Assembly (NCBI GenBank): GCA_022394775.1
Contig: JAGFCB010000022.1
Location: 32,633-96,632, forward strand
Length of the DNA: 64,000 nt
Reading direction: 5' to 3'
From: Candidatus Poribacteria bacterium
GTDB lineage: Bacteria; Poribacteria; WGA-4E; WGA-3G
Shown here: in pieces, positions 21,251 to 30,082 of the stretch
Position numbering within the stretch: the first letter of the stretch is position 1
Layout: each line of letters starts with the position of its first letter
The notes under the pieces: generated by a model
Told to the model about the DNA's origin: nothing
The model's input: the letters and a program-made list of their open reading frames with translations, nothing else
Databases searched by the model: none
Position numbers and translations under genes: made by a program

Positions 21251-22669
21251 TTATGAAACAAGTTTATACTCAACAAGTTTCGTGTGAAGTGTATTCCGGT
21301 TAATGCCGAGTATATCTGAGGCTTTACTTCGATTTCCGTTGGTGTGTTCAAGGACAATTTTAAAGAGAGGTTTCTCAAAAATTTCTCGGATTTCAGCGTA
21401 GAGTTCGCCTGGTGGTGCCTCGGATTCCATATACTGTTCAATGTGTGCTTTGAGCATGGCATATACCTTGGCATCGAGTTGACCTGGTTCGCTGATGGGC
21501 GTTGATTTTTCTAAGATTGGATCGAAGTGTTCAGGTAACAGCATTTGCCCTGAACACATCACGAGTGCGCGTTTGATGGCGTTTTCTAATTCGCGGACAT
21601 TACCGGGCCAATCGTAAGCCGTAAGTTGTTTGACGACCTCAGTGGAGATACCGATTTCAGGCAATCGGTATTCGTCGACGAACTGGCTTGTGAACAGATC
21701 TATGAGTTCCGGTATATCCTCTTTTCGCTCGCGTAGGGGTGGGAGCGAAATCGGGATGACGTTGAGACGGTAGTAGAGGTCTTCTCTGAATGTTTTCTGG
21801 GCAATAGCGGCTTCGAGTCGGCGGTTGGTCGCAGCAATGATGCGGACATCGACAGCGTGTGTTTCAGTGCCACCCATAGGTTCTACTTCCCGTTCTTGTA
21901 AGGCCCGTAGCAGTTTCATCTGGACTTCAATTGGCAATTCACCGATTTCATCAAGGAAGATTGTGCCGCTGTCAGCCTGTTGAAATTTTCCTTTTCTTGG
22001 GCTGTGTGCGTCGGTATAGGCACCTTTGACATGCCCGAAAAGTGCGCTTTCAATAAGGCTTGAAGGCATGGCACCGCAATCGACAACGACAAAAGGATTA
22101 TGAACCCGTCCGCTGTTTTGATGGATTAATTGGGCGACGAGTTCTTTACCGGTTCCGCTTTCACCTAAAACGAGGACGGTTTCGTCGCTGACAGCGGCAC
22201 GTCCGATTTTATGGTAGACATCTTGCATTGCGGGGCTTTGTCCGACCATTTTCCCGTGTCTGTCGAAATCAGGTGATGTTGCTGCTTTGATGTTTTTCGT
22301 CTGACTCGTTGCGGAGGCGGCGCGCGACACGAGATCGAGCAATTGCTTCTGGTCAATCGGTTTGGTGAGATAGCCATAAGCGCGTTGCTTTGCCGCGTCA
22401 ATAGCGGTTTGGGTTGTACCGTGTGCTGTGATTATAATGATTGAGGCGGTGCTGTTGTGTTGCTGGATGTCCTCGATTAATTCAAGTCCATTCGCGTCGC
22501 CTAACCAGATATCCAGTAGGATGACATCGACATTTGTTTCTTTGACGCATGCGAGGGTCTCTACGCCGTTCTGCGCTTTGAGGGTTTCATAGCCTGCTTT
22601 TTCGAGGGCGGCAGCGAGTATGTGGCGTAGGCTATCATCATCGTCAGCAATAAGCACTAAGTTCGACAT
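21251..22669 (-). CDS. NtrC-family sigma54-dependent response regulator
   Basis: Receiver (IADDD, LLDIW), GESGTGKELVA, LFGHVKGAYTDA, FLDEIGE, WPGNVRELEN, Fis-type HTH; start placed at MSNLVL. Confidence 0.93.
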   Translation of the reverse strand: MSNLVLIADDDDSLRHILAAALEKAGYETLKAQNGVETLACVKETNVDVILLDIWLGDANGLELIEDIQQHNSTASIIIITAHGTTQTAIDAAKQRAYGYLTKPIDQKQLLDLVSRAASATSQTKNIKAATSPDFDRHGKMVGQSPAMQDVYHKIGRAAVSDETVLVLGESGTGKELVAQLIHQNSGRVHNPFVVVDCGAMPSSLIESALFGHVKGAYTDAHSPRKGKFQQADSGTIFLDEIGELPIEVQMKLLRALQEREVEPMGGTETHAVDVRIIAATNRRLEAAIAQKTFREDLYYRLNVIPISLPPLRERKEDIPELIDLFTSQFVDEYRLPEIGISTEVVKQLTAYDWPGNVRELENAIKRALVMCSGQMLLPEHFDPILEKSTPISEPGQLDAKVYAMLKAHIEQYMESEAPPGELYAEIREIFEKPLFKIVLEHTNGNRSKASDILGINRNTLHTKLVEYKLVS

Positions 22670-22678
22670 ATCTTTATA

Positions 22679-22695
22679 TTTCCTTGCGGTTCGGT
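22679..22695 (-). repeat. 17-bp motif ACCGAACCGCAAGGAAA (six identical copies)
   Basis: Copies at 22679, 22815, 25094, 36240, 38138 and 38237, all on the - strand. Confidence 0.9.
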
Positions 22696-22841
22696 TAGGT
22701 GGTTTGATGTTTTTATCTCTCTCCGTTAATCTAGAAGAAACACCCAATCAAATAAACCCGGCACGTTGTTTGGGACTACATATCTTTATATTTTTTTTCG
22801 TTCGATTTTTTATATTTCCTTGCGGTTCGGTTAATAAATCG

Positions 22842-24416
22842 CTAATAGGTAGGGAGTGACACGATGAACGCTGTACCGGTTTCGAGGTTCGCATCAATTT
22901 CAATGCTGCCTTGGTGTTCGGCAAGGATTTTTTGGCTGATGTAAAGCCCAAGTCCGGTTCCCTTCTGTTTAGTGGTATAAAACGGATCGAAAAGCATAGG
23001 AATATCTTCAGTCAGGATTCCGGGACCGTCGTCCTGAACCCGCACACGCACGACTTCCGTATCTGAAAGGTATTCCGTCTGAATTGTCAATGTTCCGCCT
23101 GTATCCATTGCTTCAATAGCGTTGTAAAATAGGTTGAGCAGTACCTGTGTGATTCCGTCTTCGTTTATCTTGAGTTGTGGGCAGTTGCTGTCATATTGCG
23201 TGTCTACTTTAATGGCGTGATGCTCCAATTCGGGGCGACAGGTAGCGAGGCTGCTCCCAAGCAGCTGATGGATGTCAACCTGTTTTGCGGCTTGCATGGC
23301 GGGTTTGCTGAAAGCGAGTAGCTGCTCAATGAACCGATTTAGCCTATCCACCTCTTTGATGATGATTGCGGTGTATTCCTTAATCTCTTTTTGAGAGAGT
23401 TGTACTTTGCCGGAATGGGTTCTAACAGGTGCATCGGCTCCGGTTTCAGTGTGCTGGAGCAATTGGGTACCGAGTCGGATACTCCCCAATGGGTTTCGGA
23501 CCTCGTGTGCGATAGTTCGTACCAATCTACCGAGTGTTGCCATCCGTTCTGATTCGACGAGTGCGTCGATTGTCTGCTGGATTTTGACGCGTTGTGCGAT
23601 GGTTGAGGCGATAATTGTTAGGAGTCGTCGGTCGTCCTCTGCTGAAAATTCATCTGATGCCTTGTCGATTGTCAAAGTCCCAATAACATGTTCGTCTACC
23701 ACGATTGGGATACACCAGAAAGCGATAATATCCTTAGATTCGACGCGTTCTGGCTCGAAAAGTTTAACGTAACTGCGTGGACGCCGGGTTTGCGGGACAC
23801 CGATGGCTTTGCCGGAGGTGAGTACCTGTTTTTGAATGTCTTCCATCTGGTCATCTGTGCCACGCTTCATCTCAGCCGGAGTGAGTCCTAAGACGGCTTC
23901 TACGGAAGTGACTACCTTCCCCTTATCGTAGAGATGTAAAGCGCCACGGTATATGCCGAGTCGTTTGGACAGAATTTCAATGATGCGCTGGAAGAGTCCC
24001 TTTAGCTCAAGATCGGTATTTGCCGCTTGGCTCACTTCAAAAAGTGTGGAGATGTCTCGTACCTGTTTTTCTAAATTCGCATTAACGCTGTTAATTTCCT
24101 CTATTTCTTCGACACCGCTACGGCGTTGAGTCTGAAATTGGCGGATGACCCGGATAACACCGAATACGAGGAACGGATAGAGCAGTGCGATAATGATGCT
24201 CTCGGTTTGCTGTGGGTACCGGAAGACGTAGACCCAATTGGCTACCGCTGTGATACCGATCAGGATGTTTTGCCCACGGGGTCGAGCGTATATGACAGCG
24301 AGCATCATCACGCCGTAGTAGGAGTGGCTCGCCGCGGCGTAGTACTCCTGCATCTGGAACAGGTGTGCACTAATATTGATAAGAAATACAAGTAATGCTA
24401 AGAAAAACGTTATCAT
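22842..24416 (-). CDS. Membrane sensor histidine kinase with GAF domain
   Basis: N-terminal TM helices, GAF, H-box AHEVRNPL, N-box NLFYNA, DDGPG, FDPFYTTK, GTGLGL. Confidence 0.92.
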   Translation of the reverse strand: MITFFLALLVFLINISAHLFQMQEYYAAASHSYYGVMMLAVIYARPRGQNILIGITAVANWVYVFRYPQQTESIIIALLYPFLVFGVIRVIRQFQTQRRSGVEEIEEINSVNANLEKQVRDISTLFEVSQAANTDLELKGLFQRIIEILSKRLGIYRGALHLYDKGKVVTSVEAVLGLTPAEMKRGTDDQMEDIQKQVLTSGKAIGVPQTRRPRSYVKLFEPERVESKDIIAFWCIPIVVDEHVIGTLTIDKASDEFSAEDDRRLLTIIASTIAQRVKIQQTIDALVESERMATLGRLVRTIAHEVRNPLGSIRLGTQLLQHTETGADAPVRTHSGKVQLSQKEIKEYTAIIIKEVDRLNRFIEQLLAFSKPAMQAAKQVDIHQLLGSSLATCRPELEHHAIKVDTQYDSNCPQLKINEDGITQVLLNLFYNAIEAMDTGGTLTIQTEYLSDTEVVRVRVQDDGPGILTEDIPMLFDPFYTTKQKGTGLGLYISQKILAEHQGSIEIDANLETGTAFIVSLPTY

Positions 24417-24472
24417 CTTTTAGTTATCAGTTTTCAGGACGATTTTTCTGCGAAAAATCTTTCAGTTATCAG

Positions 24473-25084
24473 TTAAGAGGCGATTTTCAGAAAATTGTTG
24501 AGCATTTTTAGCCCGACGCGTCCGCTCTTTTCGAGATGGAACTGTGTTGCGATGAGATTATCTTGGGCAATCGCGCTACAGAATTCAAGCCCGTACTGCG
24601 TCTTCCCTATCACAATGTCCTCTTTTTTCGGTTCAGGATAGTAGGAGTTGACGAAATAGAAGTGTGCGGGATTCGGGACACCGTGAAAGATGGCGTGTGT
24701 CCTTGTCTGATACACTTCATTCCACCCGATTTGTGGGACTTTTAGCGTCTTTGTGTCTGTTGGGTATTTCTTTACCTGTCCGGTTAGGAGTCCGAGGCAT
24801 TCGGCATCTTCCTCTTCGCTGTGTTCAAAAAGGATCTGGATACCGATACAAATACCGAGCATCGGTTTGCCTGTGCGGTAGAAGTCTGTTAGTACATGAT
24901 TAAGTCCGCGCTTCTGTAACGTTTGCATCGTGGCTTTTGCGGCACCGACACCGGGAAAGATGACGCGATCCGCCGCGAGTATCGTTTCGGTGTCGGATGT
25001 AATCTGATTTTTGTAGCCGAGGTGTGTTAATGCGCGTGCAACGCTGGTGAGGTTGCCTGCGTCATAATCTATAATTGCGATCAC
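24473..25084 (-). CDS. hisH: Imidazole glycerol phosphate synthase glutaminase subunit
   Basis: IIDYDAGNLTSV, PGVGA, GICIGIQ, QFHLEKS. Confidence 0.95.
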   Translation of the reverse strand: MIAIIDYDAGNLTSVARALTHLGYKNQITSDTETILAADRVIFPGVGAAKATMQTLQKRGLNHVLTDFYRTGKPMLGICIGIQILFEHSEEEDAECLGLLTGQVKKYPTDTKTLKVPQIGWNEVYQTRTHAIFHGVPNPAHFYFVNSYYPEPKKEDIVIGKTQYGLEFCSAIAQDNLIATQFHLEKSGRVGLKMLNNFLKIAS

Positions 25085-25180
25085 TCTTTTATATTTCCTT
25101 GCGGTTCGGTTAGGGTTTGTTTAGGGTTTGAAGCACATTTCCGTACATCTATGAAGAAACACCCCAGCAAAACGCCTCCA

Positions 25181-25788
25181 TTTTGCGGCGTACTCGCCCA
25201 TAAGCGATCTGCTTCATTACGGGCTAAGTTTCGTTTTGATTTAGGGTTTTTTCAATTGTTTTATAGAGGTTTACTGTCTCGATGCCAGCAATAGCGGCTT
25301 CGGCACCTTTGTTTCCTGCCTTGATACCGGCGCGTTCGAGTGCTTGCTCTATTGTATCTGTGGTGATGACCCCGTAGATGACTGGGATCCCAGTGTTGGC
25401 AGATAGATGGGAGATCCCCTTCGCGCTTTCGGCGGCAACATAATCGAAGTGGGGTGTCGCGCCTCGGATAACTGCGCCGAGGCAGAGCAGGGCGTCGTAT
25501 TTTTTATTTTCCGCGAGGCGTTTAGCGACTCCGGGAATCTCGAATGCACCCGGTGTCCAAAAGACATCAACTGCATCCAAGTCAACGCCGTGTCGTTTTA
25601 GTGCGTCTAACGCGCCAGCGAGAAGTTTTTCGGTAACGAAGCTATTGAATCGGCTGACAACAATACCGAAAGTGAGACCTTCGGCGATGAGATCACCTTC
25701 GTAGACGTTTGGCATTTTTTTACCTATTAAATCTGGTCACCGTTCCACTACGTTTTGCGGCGTACTCGCCCATAAGCGATCTGCTTCA
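25181..25788. repeat. Identical 36-bp direct repeats flanking ribH
   Basis: TTTTGCGGCGTACTCGCCCATAAGCGATCTGCTTCA at 25181-25216 and 25753-25788. Confidence 0.85.
25224..25715 (-). CDS. ribH: 6,7-dimethyl-8-ribityllumazine synthase
   Basis: [33 protein letters not shown]. Confidence 0.97.
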   Translation of the reverse strand: MPNVYEGDLIAEGLTFGIVVSRFNSFVTEKLLAGALDALKRHGVDLDAVDVFWTPGAFEIPGVAKRLAENKKYDALLCLGAVIRGATPHFDYVAAESAKGISHLSANTGIPVIYGVITTDTIEQALERAGIKAGNKGAEAAIAGIETVNLYKTIEKTLNQNET

Positions 25789-25894
25789 CGGTGGTTTCTG
25801 GTTAAGTTCAAACCGGTCAGGGTTATGAAAGGGTTTCCGAATAATTCAAATTAGGACGTTGTCAACAACTTGATGCCCCATCGCAGACAGAAAT

Positions 25895-27127
25895 TTATTC
25901 CTCGTCGAGGAGGAGGTGTCCAAGTTTGGAACGTTTTGTTTCCAAATATCTGCGATTAAAAGAATTGGGTTTAGTTTGAAGCGGCACCCGCTCAACGATT
26001 TCGAGTCCGTGTCCATCCAATCCTTTGACCTTTTGAGGGTTGTTTGTCATCAGTCGCATTTTTCGGACCCCTAAGTCCGCTAATATCTGTGCCCCGATCC
26101 CGTAATCGCGCAAATCTGCGGGGTATCCGAGGTGTTCGTTCGCTTCGACAGTATCTAATCCATCATTATCTTGTAGTTGATAGGCACGGAGTTTCTCTTT
26201 AAGCCCCATCCCTCTGCCTTCTTGTCGCATGTAGAGCAGCACGCCTCTGCCTTCCGTTTCAATAGTTTGGAGGGCGATTTCGAGTTGCTCGCCACAATCG
26301 CATCTGAGTGAACCAAACACATCGCCGGTGAGGCATTGTGAATGGACGCGGACTAAGAGCGGTGCCGCATCGGCGATATCGCCTTTTGTGAGTGCGATGT
26401 GTGTTCTATCTGTTTCAATGTTCTCGCCTGTTGTATCAGTGCTTTCGTAGGCGTGAAGTTTGAATTCGCCGTGTGCGGTAGGTATATCAGCAGTAGCGAC
26501 GCGTTTAATCAGCGTCTCCGTCTGGCGGCGGTATGCGATTAGGTCAGCGATGGTGATAATTTTGAGTTGATGTTTGGCGGCGAATTCCATTAACTCGGGG
26601 ACACGCGCCATACTGCCGTCCGCGTTGAGTATTTCACAGAGGACACCTGCGGGGTATAACCCAGCCATGCGTGATAAATCAACAGTGGCTTCGGTATGCC
26701 CTGCGCGCCGGAGTACCCCGCCGGGTTCTGCTTCTAAAGGGAAGATGTGTCCGGGTCGAACAAAATCTGAGGGCACAGCATCGGCATCAACAAATTTCTG
26801 TATTGTGTATGCGCGTTCTTGTGCGGAGATCCCGGTTGTTACCTCTTTCGCGTCAATAGTGACAGTGAATGCGGTTTGCATTTGCGCCGTGTTGGCGGCG
26901 ACCATCGGTTGGAGTTCAAGTTCAGCGAGCCGTTCTGAACAGGTGGGTAAACATATCAACCCTCTGCCGTGTGTCGCCATGAAATTAATAGTCTCTGCTG
27001 TCACCTTTTCAGCTGCCATGATGAGGTCGCCTTCGTTTTCACGGTCGGGTTCATCAACGACGATAATCAATTCTCCGTTTGCGATTGCAGAGAGTGCTTC
27101 AGGAATGGTATTAAAATTATTTGGCAT
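25895..27127 (-). CDS. ribBA: Bifunctional DHBP synthase / GTP cyclohydrolase II
   Basis: [50 protein letters not shown]. Confidence 0.97.
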   Translation of the reverse strand: MPNNFNTIPEALSAIANGELIIVVDEPDRENEGDLIMAAEKVTAETINFMATHGRGLICLPTCSERLAELELQPMVAANTAQMQTAFTVTIDAKEVTTGISAQERAYTIQKFVDADAVPSDFVRPGHIFPLEAEPGGVLRRAGHTEATVDLSRMAGLYPAGVLCEILNADGSMARVPELMEFAAKHQLKIITIADLIAYRRQTETLIKRVATADIPTAHGEFKLHAYESTDTTGENIETDRTHIALTKGDIADAAPLLVRVHSQCLTGDVFGSLRCDCGEQLEIALQTIETEGRGVLLYMRQEGRGMGLKEKLRAYQLQDNDGLDTVEANEHLGYPADLRDYGIGAQILADLGVRKMRLMTNNPQKVKGLDGHGLEIVERVPLQTKPNSFNRRYLETKRSKLGHLLLDEE

Positions 27128-27239
27128 AATGGCTATCGGTTATCGGCTATCGGCTGTCGGCTGTCGGTAACAAGAGGTTTCTGATTAACAAAAACCCTCT
27201 TTACCGATTGCTGACTGCTGACTGCCACTCCCCTGACTG

Positions 27240-27911
27240 CTATTCGATGTATCCGTGTTTTGCTAAGAAATTCAGATTGAGTATCTCAGAAGCAGGTTCC
27301 TCAGTCCAATCCTGCTTTATGTTCCCGTTTTTAAGAAGCGTTTCGAGATAACGCGCGATGATGTCAACTTCAAGGTTGACGCTGGCACCGATGCGTTTCG
27401 CGCCTAAAGTGGTCACCTGCTTCGTATGTGGAATCAAGGCGACTTCAAAAGCATCATCAAAGAGACTCGATACGGTTAGACTGATGCCATCGACGGTCAC
27501 GCACCCTTTATATGCGATATAGGGTCTGAGGTTGCGGCTCATCGTCACCTGCATCAGAGAAGCATCGCCTTCGTCTTTCCAAGCGGAGATTGTAGCGACT
27601 TCGTCTACGTGCCCAAGCACGAGGTGTCCGCCGAGTCTATCGCTTAACTGGAGCGAGCGTTCAAGGTTAATTTGTTCACCGACCTTCCGTTCGCCTAATG
27701 TCGTGCGGCGTAGAGTTTCAGCAGATATATCAGCAGTGAACGCCTCCGGTGTCAGTGCCCGGATTGTAAGACAAGCACCGTCAACGGCGATACTATCACC
27801 GACCTTTGCATCGGCGAGGATGTCCCTCGCCTGAATTTCGAGGATGACTCCTTGTGATAGCCGTTGGATATTTCGGATTGTTCCGAGTTCTTCAACGATC
27901 CCGGTGAACAT
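27240..27911 (-). CDS. ribE: Riboflavin synthase (alpha type)
   Basis: N-terminal MFTGIVEE, GDSIAVDGACLT, GGHLVLGHVD. Confidence 0.97.
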   Translation of the reverse strand: MFTGIVEELGTIRNIQRLSQGVILEIQARDILADAKVGDSIAVDGACLTIRALTPEAFTADISAETLRRTTLGERKVGEQINLERSLQLSDRLGGHLVLGHVDEVATISAWKDEGDASLMQVTMSRNLRPYIAYKGCVTVDGISLTVSSLFDDAFEVALIPHTKQVTTLGAKRIGASVNLEVDIIARYLETLLKNGNIKQDWTEEPASEILNLNFLAKHGYIE

Positions 27912-27941
27912 ATTATAGGTACCTCTACCAGTTATCAGTTA

Positions 27942-28080
27942 TCAGTTTCCAGTTATCAGTTAAGAGACCCCTTGTAGTGGGTACAAACCTTGTTACTGCC
28001 ACAAGCATCTTAGTTTTCAGTTTCCAGTTATCAGTTAAGAGACCGCTTGTAGTGGGTACAAACCTTGTTACTGCCACAAG
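27942..28080. repeat. 64-bp tandem duplication between ribD and ribE, containing CAGTTAT heptamers
   Basis: 27942-28005 and 28017-28080 differ at one base; related unit at about 905-955. Confidence 0.85.
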
Positions 28081-28135
28081 AACGGAACTGACAACTCTTC
28101 GCATTTCTTTTAGACAGTTAGGAAACTGAATAGGT

Positions 28136-29236
28136 CTACAGGTACCCTTCTATGAGAAAGTCATCGTCAGGCATCGGTGTGATACGGATGCGTTGTAAAT
28201 GCGGTACATCCTTCAAAGTGGGCACTCCTTCACCCCCGATAGGTCCCGGTGCATTCCGTCCACCGATGAGTTTAGGTGCTACGAAGCACATAACTTTATC
28301 GACGATACCAGCGGCTATAGCGGAGGCATTGATTTCGCCGCCGCCCTCTATTAAGACACTTGTTATCTCGCGTTTTCCCAATGTTTCCATCAAATTCATA
28401 AAACAGACCTTACCGTGCGCAGCTGGTGTCGTTAGCACTTCCGCGCCAGCCTTTTCGAGTGCCTTGATATTCGCCATCGGTGCGTCAGGCGTTACAGCAA
28501 CGATAACACCGGTACTGCTTTCGACGTTGAAAATGCGTGCGTCTGTCGGTGTCCTTCCGTGCGAATCCAGCACAATCCGGGTTGCGTCTTGTCCTTCCCT
28601 ATCTTGAAGTCGGGTTGTCAGTGAAGGATTATCGCGTTCAACTGTGCCTTTACCGACGAGAATCGCATCTACTTCGTCTCGGATCTCATGTCCGCGCAGT
28701 CGCGATGCCTCAGATGTAATCCATTGCGATTCGCCTGCGGTTGTCGCTATTTTTCCATCGAGGCTCATAGCAGTTTTGAGGACAACAAACGGCAGACCGG
28801 TTTGGATGTATTTCTTGTGGACTTCGTTTAATTCCGCTGCTTCGTGCGTACATATACCGACATGAACACGGATGTTGGCTTCCTCAAGTTGGCGAACCCC
28901 TTTGCCTGCGACGCTCGGATTCGGATCGACTTCTGCGATGTAGACGTTCGCGATGCCAGCCTGAATCACAGCCGCTGTGCAGGGCGGAGTGCGTCCCCAG
29001 TGGCAACACGGCTCAAGGTTCGTGTAGAGTGTTGCACCTTTGGCATTTTCACCTGCGGCGTTTAGCGCATGGACTTCGGCATGTGCGGTTCCCGCTTTTT
29101 GATGGTAACCTTCACCAATAACCGTACCGTCTTTTACAATGACTGTGCCAACGAGTGGGTTGGGACTGGTGCGTCCTTTTGCTTGTTTTGCCAACACGAG
29201 TGCGCGTTGCATGAAGGTTATATGTGCTTTGTCCAT
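28136..29236 (-). CDS. ribD: Bifunctional diaminohydroxyphosphoribosylaminopyrimidine deaminase / reductase
   Basis: SPNPLVG, HAEV, LEPCCHWGRTPPC, SLDGKIA, LIEGG. Confidence 0.97.
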   Translation of the reverse strand: MDKAHITFMQRALVLAKQAKGRTSPNPLVGTVIVKDGTVIGEGYHQKAGTAHAEVHALNAAGENAKGATLYTNLEPCCHWGRTPPCTAAVIQAGIANVYIAEVDPNPSVAGKGVRQLEEANIRVHVGICTHEAAELNEVHKKYIQTGLPFVVLKTAMSLDGKIATTAGESQWITSEASRLRGHEIRDEVDAILVGKGTVERDNPSLTTRLQDREGQDATRIVLDSHGRTPTDARIFNVESSTGVIVAVTPDAPMANIKALEKAGAEVLTTPAAHGKVCFMNLMETLGKREITSVLIEGGGEINASAIAAGIVDKVMCFVAPKLIGGRNAPGPIGGEGVPTLKDVPHLQRIRITPMPDDDFLIEGYL

Positions 29237-29386
29237 GCTGAAAACCGAAAACCTTTGCTTGTATAGTATATCATATTTTTCTGGGAAATCAAATTATTTA
29301 TTAAAGTTTCGCTGTTGCTTTTAAGCAGCCCTCTTGCAGGCGGGGTTTCAAACCCCGCTTGCAGGGCTGGGAAATCAAATTATTTA

Positions 29387-29878
29387 TTAAAGTTTCGCTA
29401 TTGCTTTCAAGGATTCGAGGACTTCTGTCTGTTGGACGAGATCGAATTGATGTGTGCCGATATACATATATCTGATAACCCCTGTTTTGTCAATGACAAA
29501 CGTTGACGGACGTGCGATGTTGTAAGCCTCAAGACTGAGCCAGTGGTAGACGCCGTAGTTTTTGATGACGTTCCGCGTTTTGTCTATTAGCAGTGGGAAT
29601 GTGATGCCGTTTTTATCGGCATAGCCGCGGAGTTCGCGGGGCCACTGCCCAGCGATGGCAAGTGGTGTTGCTGTATGCTCGGCGTAGGCTTCAACATTTT
29701 CTTGGACTGCCGACAACTGACGGCGGCTGTTCGGTCACCATGTTCCTCTGAAGAATGTTAGCACGATGTGTTGCGCGTCTCGGTACGCTTCAAGCGAGAT
29801 GTCCACTCGTTGGTGTGATGACAGTGTGAATAGGGGCGCGGTATCGCCGATGTTGAGGATTTTGTTTTTTCGCGGCAT
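29387..29878 (-). CDS. AhpC/TSA (peroxiredoxin-like) redoxin, probable selenoprotein with UxxS motif
   Basis: Frame from ATG 29878 reads GDTAPLFTL...IVLTFFRGTW-TGA-PNSRRQL and continues into the listed 109-aa ORF (FPLLID, RPSTFVIDKTGVIRY); TGA at 29737-29735 aligns with the Cys of WCPxC. Confidence 0.82.
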
Positions 29879-29884
29879 GGGCAT

Positions 29885-29913
29885 ATTGTATGGGATATTA
29901 GGGTTGCTGTCAA
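29885..29913 (-). promoter_or_regulatory. sigma70-like promoter, probably leaderless transcript
   Basis: TTGACA-17-TACAAT, followed 6 nt later by ATG 29878. Confidence 0.65.
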
Positions 29914-30003
29914 GTTTTTAGCGGTTGGCAGTGTAAATATGAGATGGCGTGAGGGATGTCGCGAGGTAGAAGATCACGAGCATAGGAGGATATGAAGCAG
30001 AAA

Positions 30004-30056
30004 GATCGCGAGTACAGATTGAGCCTACAAAGATCGCGAGCACAGCTCGCTCCTAC
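30004..30056 (-). repeat. GTAG-type REP cluster (GTAGGAGCGAGCTGTGCTCGCGATC)
   Basis: Full copy 30032-30056, degenerate copy 30004-30028; same REP at 33847-33959 (three) and 41605-41673 (two). Confidence 0.85.
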
Positions 30057-30082
30057 AGAAGAGGGGTTGGATTCTATAGCCT

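Noticed and set aside
22679-22695. rRNA fragment or group II intron end suggested by AACCGCAAGGA
   Set aside because: The match is only a short GNRA hairpin; the flanks show no rRNA or intron domain V/VI structure
22670-22747. N-terminal extension of the NtrC-like ORF (likewise 8564-8650, 20842-20895, 36812-36898, 57768-57848)
   Set aside because: These extensions run through repeats or overlap neighbouring genes; downstream starts fit domain boundaries and signal peptides better
29387-29716. 109-aa ORF as a complete gene or simple pseudogene
   Set aside because: Lacks the N-terminal redoxin half, which is intact and in frame upstream of a TGA at the catalytic position
29237-30082. FMN riboswitch upstream of the rib genes
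   Set aside because: No RFN-like conserved segments seen; the region is explained by promoters, the redoxin gene and repeats
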